DNA from: Deinococcota bacterium
GTDB lineage: Bacteria; Deinococcota; Deinococci; Deinococcales; Thermaceae
Direction of reading: 5' to 3'
Assembly (NCBI GenBank): GCA_041695225.1
Contig: JBGFRI010000024.1
Span: 1-14,286, forward strand
DNA length: 14,286 nt
A program made the position numbers and the translations under genes. This document shows positions 1 through 9,635 of this stretch, piece by piece (within the stretch, counting starts at the first letter, position 1; every line of letters begins with the position of its first letter). The notes beneath the pieces are model-generated. The model searched no databases. It was not told the origin of the DNA and worked only from the letters and a program-made list of their open reading frames with translations.

Positions 1-195
1 GCTAGCCGACTTTAGGTCGTTCGTTCAGCACGCCATCGGCTGGGCTTCTGAAGAACGTGGCTGACTTAAGCAGCCAGAGCGTAGCTGTTGCTACGAACGT
101 TGCCAGTTATGGCTTTGCCCATTTTTACGAGGCCATGGGCTACCTCGACACGCCGTGCTGCCTTCAAGAATCCCTGTCGAAACCGGAACGCCCCC
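1..195 (-). ncRNA. ssrA: tmRNA (transfer-messenger RNA), 5' part; 3' end lies beyond the left edge of the window
   Basis: Minus strand from 195 reads GGGGGCGTTCCGGTTTCGACAGGG (tmRNA 5' end). It continues into a pk1 pseudoknot (GAGG/CCTC and GCCCAT/ATGGGC), the ATAACT resume context, and the tag frame GGC AAC GTT CGT AGC AAC AGC TAC GCT CTG GCT GCT TAA. Confidence 0.96.
66..104 (-). other. tmRNA proteolysis tag reading frame (A)GNVRSNSYALAA*
   Basis: 12 codons plus TAA following ATAACT; ends in the canonical YALAA. Confidence 0.93.
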
Positions 196-206
196 AGGCA
201 AACCAG

Positions 207-215
207 ATTATAGCA
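207..215 (-). promoter_or_regulatory. Extended -10 promoter of ssrA (TGcTATAAT)
   Basis: Perfect TATAAT (207-212, minus) preceded by TGn, 11 nt upstream of the mature tmRNA 5' end. Confidence 0.8.
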
Positions 216-270
216 GGTTTGCGCCGCATATGAAAGCACACGAATCGCGCCAGCTAATCGTCGCATGTGT

Positions 271-407
271 AAGGTCCAAGGTCTAAGGTCGAAGGTCTAA
301 GGTCTGCAACGGTCTGGCATTTTGGCCTTCGACCTCCGTCTTTCGACCTCCGTCTTTTAGCCTTTGGCCTTTACTTGACCTGAGACCCGAGACTTGTGAC
401 ATTCTTT
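271..407. repeat. Heptamer tandem-repeat element: (AAGGTCN)x5, an inverted degenerate (TTCGACC/TTTGGCC-type) array, then a TGAGACC-type array ending in TGTGACATTCTTT
   Basis: aaggtcc aaggtct aaggtcg aaggtct aaggtct at 271-305; complementary-type units at 321-372; 377-407 matches 7710-7740 at 29/31 nt. Confidence 0.88.
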
Positions 408-452
408 CTGGTCTTCGTCAACCAGAACGCATTACCTTCTGGCCACAACGCC

Positions 453-458
453 TAAGCT
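453..458 (+). promoter_or_regulatory. -10 element (TAAGCT) 6 nt before the GTG start; probable leaderless transcript
   Basis: TANNNT motif at leaderless spacing and no clear Shine-Dalgarno. Confidence 0.5.
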
Positions 459-464
459 AAAAGG

Positions 465-1883
465 GTGCAGTTGGCCTTTGGACTACCCTGGTTGTTGCTG
501 CTCATCCCACCCGTGCTTGGGCTGGTCTGGTGGTGGTATCGGCGCAGGCAGCCTCCAGAGCGCAGGATGGCCGGGCTGTGGCTGTGGCAAAGGGCCATTC
601 GCAAGGGCAAGGCTCGCAGACGCCTGGATTTGCGGTTATTTTTGTTGTTGCTTGCAGCCCTGCTGGGGTTGCTGGCGCTGTCCACACCCGAGGTCTCGGT
701 GGACCGGCCTGGCGAGCTGGTAGTGGTGCTGGATGCCTCGGCCTCGATGGCCGCTAACGATGTGAGCCCCAGCCGTTTTGAGCGAGCCAGGCAAATGGCC
801 CGTGAGCACCTGACCGCCTCGCCAAGTGCCGTGTTAGTAGTAGCCGGTGAGCAGATTCAAACGTTTGGGCCGGGCCTGGGGCGCAACCTGCTCGGCAGCC
901 TCGAGGGTCTCCAGCCAGCGGCCAGCAGCGCTGATCTGGAAACTGCCATCGCCAGGGGCCGGGCCTTGCTGCCCGACGCCCGCGTCCTGACCATTGCCGA
1001 CCAGCCACCCCCAGCCGGCACCGATGGCTACCTAAATGTGGCTGGCAGTGGCGTCAATGTGGGAATTACCGCCATTGGGCCAGGGTTTGTAGCGGTAGCC
1101 AACGCGGGGCCGGGGCTGTGGCGGGGCGAGCTTCTGGTGGATGGCAGGCCCTATGCCCTCGAGGTTCCCGCCAGGGGCTTTAGCAGTCTGGAGGTGCACT
1201 CGGCCACACCCACCGCCCGTATCGTGGGCAGCGATGCCCTGTCCCTGGACGACCAGGCCCGCTTTTCCCGGCGGCTGGTGCGGGTCGAGGTAACGGGTCG
1301 TTCGCCCGCGCTCGAGCGTCTGCTGGTACTGCTAGGAACCAGCCGGGCCGCTCCCGGCGAGATGGTCTTCGAGATGGGCACCCCGCGCCGCGAACCCACT
1401 CGGTTTACGGTATTTTTCGCCCAGGAGAGCAGCGGACAGGCCACCGTGTTCGATCTGGAGCGCACCCTGCCCTATCTGCGGGGCGCCGAGCTGGTGGGGT
1501 TCAGCCTGCGTATCCCCCCACCGCCGCAAGCCCCCAACTGGCGGCCTATGGCCATCAGCGAGACCGGACAGCCGCTGGCCTGGTTTCACCCCAACGGGGT
1601 GTATCTGCCACCCACGGAAAGCCTGCAAGACCTGCCCGCCTTTCCGGTGCTGATCTATAACCTGGTTGCCCCCAGGGGTGAGCTCCGCAGCGGCCTGCTA
1701 ACCCCCAGCGAAACCCTGCTGCCGCGCCCCAGCCCCGACCAGCCACTGCCACCCACCCTCAGGGTGCAGCTGGCCCCCTGGCTGGCCTTGCTGGCAGTGC
1801 TGGTCTTAGCAGCAGAGCTGTACTTCTTCCAGTACCGCGCAAGGCGACACTACCCCCAGCCCCAGCCCTCTCCCACGGCTTGA
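465..1883 (+). CDS. BatA-type N-terminal membrane domain plus von Willebrand factor A (vWA) domain protein
   Basis: 472 aa. N-terminal F-x-x-P-W-L-L-L-L hydrophobic segment, basic linker and second TM (BatA-like); MIDAS motif VVVLDASASM followed by SRFERAR; C-terminal TM (LAPWLALLAVLVLAAELY). Confidence 0.85.
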   Translation: MQLAFGLPWLLLLIPPVLGLVWWWYRRRQPPERRMAGLWLWQRAIRKGKARRRLDLRLFLLLLAALLGLLALSTPEVSVDRPGELVVVLDASASMAANDVSPSRFERARQMAREHLTASPSAVLVVAGEQIQTFGPGLGRNLLGSLEGLQPAASSADLETAIARGRALLPDARVLTIADQPPPAGTDGYLNVAGSGVNVGITAIGPGFVAVANAGPGLWRGELLVDGRPYALEVPARGFSSLEVHSATPTARIVGSDALSLDDQARFSRRLVRVEVTGRSPALERLLVLLGTSRAAPGEMVFEMGTPRREPTRFTVFFAQESSGQATVFDLERTLPYLRGAELVGFSLRIPPPPQAPNWRPMAISETGQPLAWFHPNGVYLPPTESLQDLPAFPVLIYNLVAPRGELRSGLLTPSETLLPRPSPDQPLPPTLRVQLAPWLALLAVLVLAAELYFFQYRARRHYPQPQPSPTA

Positions 1884-1933
1884 GTCCGGATGTTTGGGCA
1901 CTCGCTTTAACATCCTCTACAATCGAGGTGACT

Positions 1934-2143
1934 ATGAACCGGGTGTTGCTGGGTGTGCGGGGTATGGAGCTCCCGGAACAGATCGAGAAGGTTTCCAGGG
2001 CCATCAAAAGCCTCGAGGGCGTACAGGGCGTAGAGCCCGCCGATACGGGGCAGCTCGAGGTCGAGTATGACCCCCATCGGCTCACGGTAATGGACCTGAT
2101 ACGGGCCGCGCGGGAACAGGGCTTTCTGGCCGGAATTCTTTAG
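1934..2143 (+). CDS. Heavy-metal-associated (HMA/CopZ-like fold) small protein lacking the CxxC motif
   Basis: 69 aa from ATG 1934 (GAGGTG SD and TACAAT at 1918-1923 upstream). Pattern LGVRGM....IEKVSRAIKSLEGVQGV...LEVEYDP..LT..DL..A..EQGF matches HMA domains. Confidence 0.75.
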   Translation: MNRVLLGVRGMELPEQIEKVSRAIKSLEGVQGVEPADTGQLEVEYDPHRLTVMDLIRAAREQGFLAGIL

Positions 2144-2406
2144 TAGTAGTTCAGATCTGAGACAGCCCAGGATACCTTGCCAGACTCGGCCGAAAATAAA
2201 CCCCTGGGCCGGGTGTTGCCATCGTCGGTATGGGCTTTGTTGAACCGTTGCTCCAATTTTCCCGTCGGTTAATGTAAACTTCTGTTATCTGAGGCAGGGC
2301 GCACCCGCCCAGGTATCGAAACCAGCCCTACAACCCAGGCGGCAAGTCCGATTTCCAGAGTCTTTTTGCTCCGAAAAAGGTGGGGTAAACTATCTGAAGA
2401 CGAATG

Positions 2407-2494
2407 CCGATAGGCGGTGGCCGGTAGCCAACAGCAAAAAAAGCTGCTAGCTATTAGCCATTGGCAGTGCATGGTGGTGCAAGCTATCGGCTTT
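2407..2494. repeat. Degenerate inverted heptamer array (TAGCYRA class) in the acnA leader
   Basis: gccgatag gcggtgg ccggtag ccaacag / aaaaaaa / ctgctag ctattag ccattgg ... gctatcggc; same unit class as 14024-14132. Confidence 0.6.
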
Positions 2495-2536
2495 GTACCA
2501 TTGGTTTCGTGTCTGAAAGCAGCCAGAGGAGAGAAT

Positions 2537-5275
<2,739 letters not shown>

Positions 5276-5405
5276 GCATAGGTGTCCCCAGCTCTGACGC
5301 CTGCGCCCTGGCAACTTCCTTTCTGTTGCAGTAGCCCGCCACGGCTTAGGCCGGGATGGAGAGGGCCGTGGGCTTACGGTGCGCGGGAGGCTCGAGTAGT
5401 CTGGT

Positions 5406-5474
5406 TTGACATGAGGGCTATCGTCTGCGAGGATGCCGCTAGGCAGGTAACCGGACGGTAGTAGGATGGGAATA
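5406..5474 (+). promoter_or_regulatory. Promoter/operator region of the CopG-family gene
   Basis: TTGACA at 5406-5411 with GAGGAT 17 bp later; second -10-like TAGGAT at 5462-5467; four GG(A/C)NG(G/C) boxes at an 11-bp period (5431, 5442, 5453, 5464). Confidence 0.5.
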
Positions 5475-5476
5475 GC

Positions 5477-5881
5477 ATGGAGCAGACCGAGAAGGCCACG
5501 TTCAACCTCAGCCCCGTGGATCTGGGTAAAATAGACGTCCTGGTGGCGCAGGGTTTCTATGCCAACCGGACCGACTTCGTGCGTAGCGCTGTGCGCAGAC
5601 AGTTGGAACTCCACGAGAACCAGGTAGAACAGTTTGTGGCCGATCATAGTTCCGCAGTCGGCATTATCTTGATCAGTCGGCAGGAACTGAGAGAGGTGGT
5701 AAAGGCCGGGACGAGGCGCAGGTATACCATCGTGGGCCTGGCCATAATCGGTCAGGACGTAGATGCGGGCCTGGCCGATGCTGCCATCGAAAGCCTGCGG
5801 GTCTACGGGGTGCTGCGTGCACCCCGGGCCGTGCGCGAACGTCTGGGAAGTCGAATCCTGGCAGGGCATCGCAGGGAATGA
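5477..5881 (+). CDS. CopG/ribbon-helix-helix family transcriptional regulator with C-terminal extension
   Basis: 134 aa. N-terminal EKATFNLSPVDLGKIDVLVAQGFYANRTDFVRSAVRRQL is a typical RHH (beta strand plus two helices). Confidence 0.85.
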   Translation: MEQTEKATFNLSPVDLGKIDVLVAQGFYANRTDFVRSAVRRQLELHENQVEQFVADHSSAVGIILISRQELREVVKAGTRRRYTIVGLAIIGQDVDAGLADAAIESLRVYGVLRAPRAVRERLGSRILAGHRRE

Positions 5882-5910
5882 CGGCCCACCCTGCCCATGG
5901 AGGTTAGCTC

Positions 5911-7590
5911 GTGAGTTTCTTCCTATTTCCGCTAGAACTGGTCTTAAACGCACTGCGCTTGCTGCGCAACCTGGTGGTTAGGCTACTCCCGGCGCCAGAC
6001 TACGCGGTGGTAGTCCTCAGCGGTGACCTGCCCGAACGCCGCGCGGGCGAGCCATTGCTGCAGCGCCTACTGGGCCGGCGGCCGCCGATGAGCCTGGAGG
6101 ACCTGCGTCAGACTCTCGATCGGGTCGCCAGGTCGCGCCTGCGTGGAGTGGTGCTACGTCTGGACAATCTGGAGGCGGGGCTTGCCACGCGCGAGAGCGT
6201 ACGCGCTGCGCTGCGGCGTTTCCGCGACTCGGGCAAGCATGTCGCCGCCTACCTTTACAGCAACGACCTCCCCGATCTGTACGTGGCGTCGGCGGCGGAT
6301 GTAGTCGTCGTGCCGCCGAGCGCGGAGCTGGCTACTTTCGGTCCTCGCGCAGAACTGCCCTTCCTCCGCGAGGCGCTCGACCGGCTTGGCATCCTGCCCC
6401 AGTTCCACCACATCGCCGAGTACAAGACCGCCAGCCACATGTTTTTGTACCGGGGCATGACCGAACCACAGCGCGAGATGTACGACGCGCTACTGGAGGG
6501 GATGCAGGCCGAGGTGCTGACCGGGCTCGCCACAAGTCGTAACCGGGAGCGGGCAGAAATTCAACGGTTGCTGGATCGCAGCCTATCTTCACCAGAGGAT
6601 CTACAGCAAGGTGGGCTGGTAGACCATGTGGCCTACGAGGACGACCTGCCGAAGCTGCTCGGCGACGAAGGCCGCAAGGCTCGCATCGCGCCGCTGGCGC
6701 AGGCGCGGCGCTCACTCCCCATCAAGTACCGCTGGCGCTCCCTACGTCCCGACGCGATCGGAGTGGTAACCCTGCGCGGTGGCATCGTGCCGGGCGAAAG
6801 CCGCGAACTGCCATTTCCCCTCCCGTTGTTCGGCCAGCGCCTGGCTGGCTGTGACACGGTCGCACGCGCTTTCCGCGCCGCCGAGCGCGCCCCGCACATC
6901 AAGGCCGTGGTCTTCCACGTGGATTCAAGGGGCGGGTCCGCGGTGGCCTCTGACCTGATCTGGCGCGAGGTAACGCGACTGCGCCGCACCAAGCCGGTTG
7001 TAGTCCACATGGGCAATGTGGCCGGGTCGGGTGGTTACTACGTCTCCTGTGGCGCGTCGTGGATCGTGGCCGGTGCGGCTACCATCACCGGCTCCATCGG
7101 CGTAGTCGCTGGCAAGTTCGACGTGCACGGGTTGCTGGAGCGCGGTGGAATCCGCCACGAGATCCTCTCGCGCGGCGCCACCGCCACCATGCCATCTGCG
7201 CTCGCCCCCTATACCGAGTCTGAGTGGCAGGTACTCCAGGCCTGGATGGAGCGCATCTACCGGCGTTTCCGCTCACTGGTGGCACAGGGGCGTGGCCAAA
7301 GTGAAGACGAGGTGGAGAAGATCGCTCGAGGCCGGGTGTGGACCGGGCGCCAGGCTATGGAGATCGGACTGGTAGATGAGCTGGGCGACTTCGACGCCGC
7401 AGTGCGGAAGGCCAGGGCACTGGCGGGAATTCCAGAACGCTCAGACGTGGCGGTCCTGACCGTCCATCCTCCCCCGGCCAGCCCGGTGCCGTTTTACCCG
7501 GTCTCGGCGTGGAGCGATCTGTTGGCTGGGCTACGCATGCTGCTGAGCGAGCGCGCTTGGCTAATCACCGAGTCAGAACCGCGCCTGTGA
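5911..7590 (+). CDS. sppA: Signal peptide peptidase SppA (protease IV, peptidase S49, two-domain long type)
   Basis: 559 aa, GTG start with GGAGG SD at 5899-5903. Tandem S49 domains: EYKTA (catalytic Lys), VDSRGGSAVASDLIW, MGNVAGSGGYY (catalytic Ser), TITGSIGV, ARGRVWTGRQAMEIGLVDELG. Confidence 0.93.
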   Translation: MSFFLFPLELVLNALRLLRNLVVRLLPAPDYAVVVLSGDLPERRAGEPLLQRLLGRRPPMSLEDLRQTLDRVARSRLRGVVLRLDNLEAGLATRESVRAALRRFRDSGKHVAAYLYSNDLPDLYVASAADVVVVPPSAELATFGPRAELPFLREALDRLGILPQFHHIAEYKTASHMFLYRGMTEPQREMYDALLEGMQAEVLTGLATSRNRERAEIQRLLDRSLSSPEDLQQGGLVDHVAYEDDLPKLLGDEGRKARIAPLAQARRSLPIKYRWRSLRPDAIGVVTLRGGIVPGESRELPFPLPLFGQRLAGCDTVARAFRAAERAPHIKAVVFHVDSRGGSAVASDLIWREVTRLRRTKPVVVHMGNVAGSGGYYVSCGASWIVAGAATITGSIGVVAGKFDVHGLLERGGIRHEILSRGATATMPSALAPYTESEWQVLQAWMERIYRRFRSLVAQGRGQSEDEVEKIARGRVWTGRQAMEIGLVDELGDFDAAVRKARALAGIPERSDVAVLTVHPPPASPVPFYPVSAWSDLLAGLRMLLSERAWLITESEPRL

Positions 7591-7740
7591 CATTCTTTAG
7601 GTTGCAGGTCGCAAGCCAAACAGACCTGAAACTCGAGGCCTGGGACTAAAAAGGTCGAAAGTCAAAAGACCTTCGACGTTAGACCTTCGACCTTAGACCT
7701 GGGACTTGAGACCTGAGACCCGGGACTTGAGACATTCTTT
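7586..7740. repeat. Composite heptamer tandem-repeat element between convergent genes
   Basis: About 20 degenerate 7-mers (aggtcgc, ttcgacc, ttagacc, tgagacc, tgggact) bounded by TGTGACATTCTTT (7586-7598) and TGAGACATTCTTT (7728-7740). Confidence 0.88.
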
Positions 7741-7745
7741 CTCTC

Positions 7746-9170
7746 TTACCAGCGTACTTCGTAGAAACCCCGGCTAATCAGAGTATTGCCGTCCACCACA
7801 GCGTAAGAAAGGCCCCACGCAAACCGCCTGGACAAACGTTCGGTAAAGCTGGTTAGGGCCTTGGCCAACTCGCGGGAGGTTTGCTGGTCGAGTTCAGCGC
7901 CAATGGTATGGGGGAGAGCAGCGCCAATCTGTCCAAGCTGCTCTTGTAAGAGCAAACCCTGGTTGCCAAAGCTGTAGCCTATGGCGTTAGCCGGAATACG
8001 AACTCTAAAGCGCCGAAAGTTCGGGTCCTGACCCCAGGTGGGGTTACCTACGGCTTGCAGTGCGCTTCTGCTGGTGGCAATAACCAGTCGGGCAGGCTCG
8101 AGTTTGTAAAACAGCGTTCCACCTAGCCCGACTTCCACTGCCTTGAAGCCGCCCTCACTACCCAGAACCCTGAAGCCACCCTGCCCCTGGGGGGTTGCAA
8201 AGGCTGCCAGACTTTGTAGCAGCGCAAGCAGGTTGGCCTCGGCTGTGGCCGGGTCGCGCACTTCCCAGTAGATCAGGCTATGGCCAAAAACAGCCTCGCT
8301 ACGGCCATCGGGAGCGGGGGGAGGGCCCTTTACGCTAACCATGGCAAAGCGGGATCCAAAGGCCCGAAGGTCCAGGTTGAGCTGCACATCAAACTCGCGC
8401 AACAATGTCGGCAAGTAGGCACCCAGCCGGCCCAGATCCAGCACCCCAGTCGAAACCGAGTGGCCCTGGGGAAGGTCCGCCGCGTCGAAGGGGCGTTCTC
8501 GGGGCAGCAGCAGCCTGGCCAGGGCCGGGTCGGGGGCTGGGTTCACCTCGAGCCTGGCCTCGTCAGTGTAGCCTCCCGCGGTGAAACGAATGGCATAGCT
8601 AAAGCCACGGATGGTGCGAACCGCACCGCTAACCCTGGGGGGCAGGTTCAGGCCTTGCAGCAGGTCTTGCGGTGGCGTAGCCCAGAACACGATGTCGCCA
8701 CGCACCGGGGCTTGCAGACCCCGCTGGTTCTGCAAAAACAAACGTCCGTGCCTGGGGGTAGCAAAAAAGACCAGCTCACGGCTTATTCCGGTCATGGTGT
8801 CCTGCTCAGCTCCCACCAGCCAGCCGCCTTGGGGGCGGAGTCCCCTGGTATCCCGCCTAAGGGCACTCATGGCGGCAGCGCTGGGTCGGCTAATCACAAA
8901 AAACCCATCGCTATACAGGGCGATGGCCACGCCACCCGCAGCAATGCCCAGCAGGTCAGCCTGGTTATCCATCTGCCTGCGCAGTTCACGGTTCAGGAGG
9001 GCCTCGAGGCCACTCTGCTTCCAGTCGGCAGCCAGGCCGCTCAGGTAGCGGCTACCTCGCAGATCGGTCATGTAAAAGCCGGCCACGGCCCCTTGAGGGG
9101 CCAGGGCGAGCAGGTTCTGGGCCTGGGCCGGGCCAAGCAATAGCAGTACAAGAATCATCAGGCGAGCCAT
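7746..9170 (-). CDS. Secreted/periplasmic hypothetical protein (possibly DUF3352-like)
   Basis: 474 aa ORF; Sec signal peptide MARLMILVLLLLGPAQA|QN; TAAACT -10 box 6 nt upstream of the ATG. The family assignment is only an impression. Confidence 0.8.
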   Translation of the reverse strand: MARLMILVLLLLGPAQAQNLLALAPQGAVAGFYMTDLRGSRYLSGLAADWKQSGLEALLNRELRRQMDNQADLLGIAAGGVAIALYSDGFFVISRPSAAAMSALRRDTRGLRPQGGWLVGAEQDTMTGISRELVFFATPRHGRLFLQNQRGLQAPVRGDIVFWATPPQDLLQGLNLPPRVSGAVRTIRGFSYAIRFTAGGYTDEARLEVNPAPDPALARLLLPRERPFDAADLPQGHSVSTGVLDLGRLGAYLPTLLREFDVQLNLDLRAFGSRFAMVSVKGPPPAPDGRSEAVFGHSLIYWEVRDPATAEANLLALLQSLAAFATPQGQGGFRVLGSEGGFKAVEVGLGGTLFYKLEPARLVIATSRSALQAVGNPTWGQDPNFRRFRVRIPANAIGYSFGNQGLLLQEQLGQIGAALPHTIGAELDQQTSRELAKALTSFTERLSRRFAWGLSYAVVDGNTLISRGFYEVRW

Positions 9171-9176
9171 GCGCTA

Positions 9177-9182
9177 AGTTTA
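9177..9182 (-). promoter_or_regulatory. -10 element (TAAACT) 6 nt before ATG 9170; probable leaderless transcript
   Basis: Minus strand reads cctgTAAACTtagcgcATG; no SD. Confidence 0.55.
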
Positions 9183-9278
9183 CAGGCCTGTGTCAGCTAA
9201 CGTGCGTTTTTTAGCCTTGGCGGCGTAACGCGCATATAACGCCTACCGCGCTACGCTGAGGCAGTGAAAGGAGGGGTC

Positions 9279-9511
9279 GTGCGCCCAAAAGCGGTGACAC
9301 TCATTCTTCGAATCTGGCAAGCGCCGGTAGGTTACGGCTTTGCCGGAATCGCGTAAGCGACTCGCCTAACGGCACAGTCAAATCTTCGGTCAAACCCGCG
9401 GCTGGCGGTGAGACCCAGCATTTCCCCAATCTAGCGGCTTTGATGCACTACCTCGATCACACCCTGGTTGGGCCCCAGGAAGAACCTGGCGAATCACCGT
9501 GCCTGCGCTAG
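9279..9511 (+). pseudogene. Interrupted/frameshifted small hypothetical gene
   Basis: Strong SD AAAGGAGG, then GTG 9279: MRPKAVTLILRIWQAPVGYGFAGIA* (stop 9354-9356). A protein-like continuation NGTVKSSVKPAAGGETQHFPNLAALMHYLDHTLVGPQEEPGESPCLR* lies in the -1 frame up to TAG 9509-9511. Confidence 0.6.
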
Positions 9512-9635
9512 GTTCAGGCTTTGGGGGAGCCAGGCCGGCCGCTATCGTTGCTGAAAACCTGATTGCATCATGACCCCGGTCCAAGATGTTAGCCTGGGGT
9601 CAAGCTTCTCATCCGAGACTGTTAGACTCAGGCTC

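Noticed and set aside
66..266. 66-aa minus-strand ORF
   Set aside because: It overlaps the tmRNA and its promoter; only the last 12 codons (the tag) are meaningful.
271..407. Tandem repeats as a CRISPR array (also 7586-7740 and 14024-14178)
   Set aside because: Units are 7 nt, degenerate and contiguous, with no unique spacers and no cas genes.
1880..1933. Upstream extension of the HMA-like ORF
   Set aside because: ATG 1934 has an SD and a -10 box, and the domain begins there.
2288..2415. Hammerhead ribozyme suggested by CTGAGG...CGAAAC and CTGAAGA
   Set aside because: The core is not CUGANGA-stem-GAAA with correct spacing, and no compatible stems I/III were found.
2417..2536. 40-aa N-terminal extension of AcnA
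   Set aside because: It translates the heptamer repeat region; a strong SD precedes ATG 2537.
5333..5374. Hairpin after acnA (AGCCC..CACGGC / GCCGTGGGCT) as an intrinsic terminator or riboswitch
   Set aside because: Large loop, no U-tract and no recognisable riboswitch consensus.
8280..9143. 287-aa plus-strand ORF
   Set aside because: Antisense to the 474-aa gene, which has a signal peptide and a promoter.
9313..9365. c-di-GMP-I riboswitch or self-cleaving ribozyme suggested by GGCAA...TTGCC and a GNRA loop
   Set aside because: Order and conserved nucleotides of the GEMM, twister, pistol and hammerhead cores are not present.
9570..9635. Upstream extension of the DUF456 ORF
   Set aside because: Non-hydrophobic, overlaps a hairpin (9571-9602) and the -10 box; ATG 9636 fits the family start.
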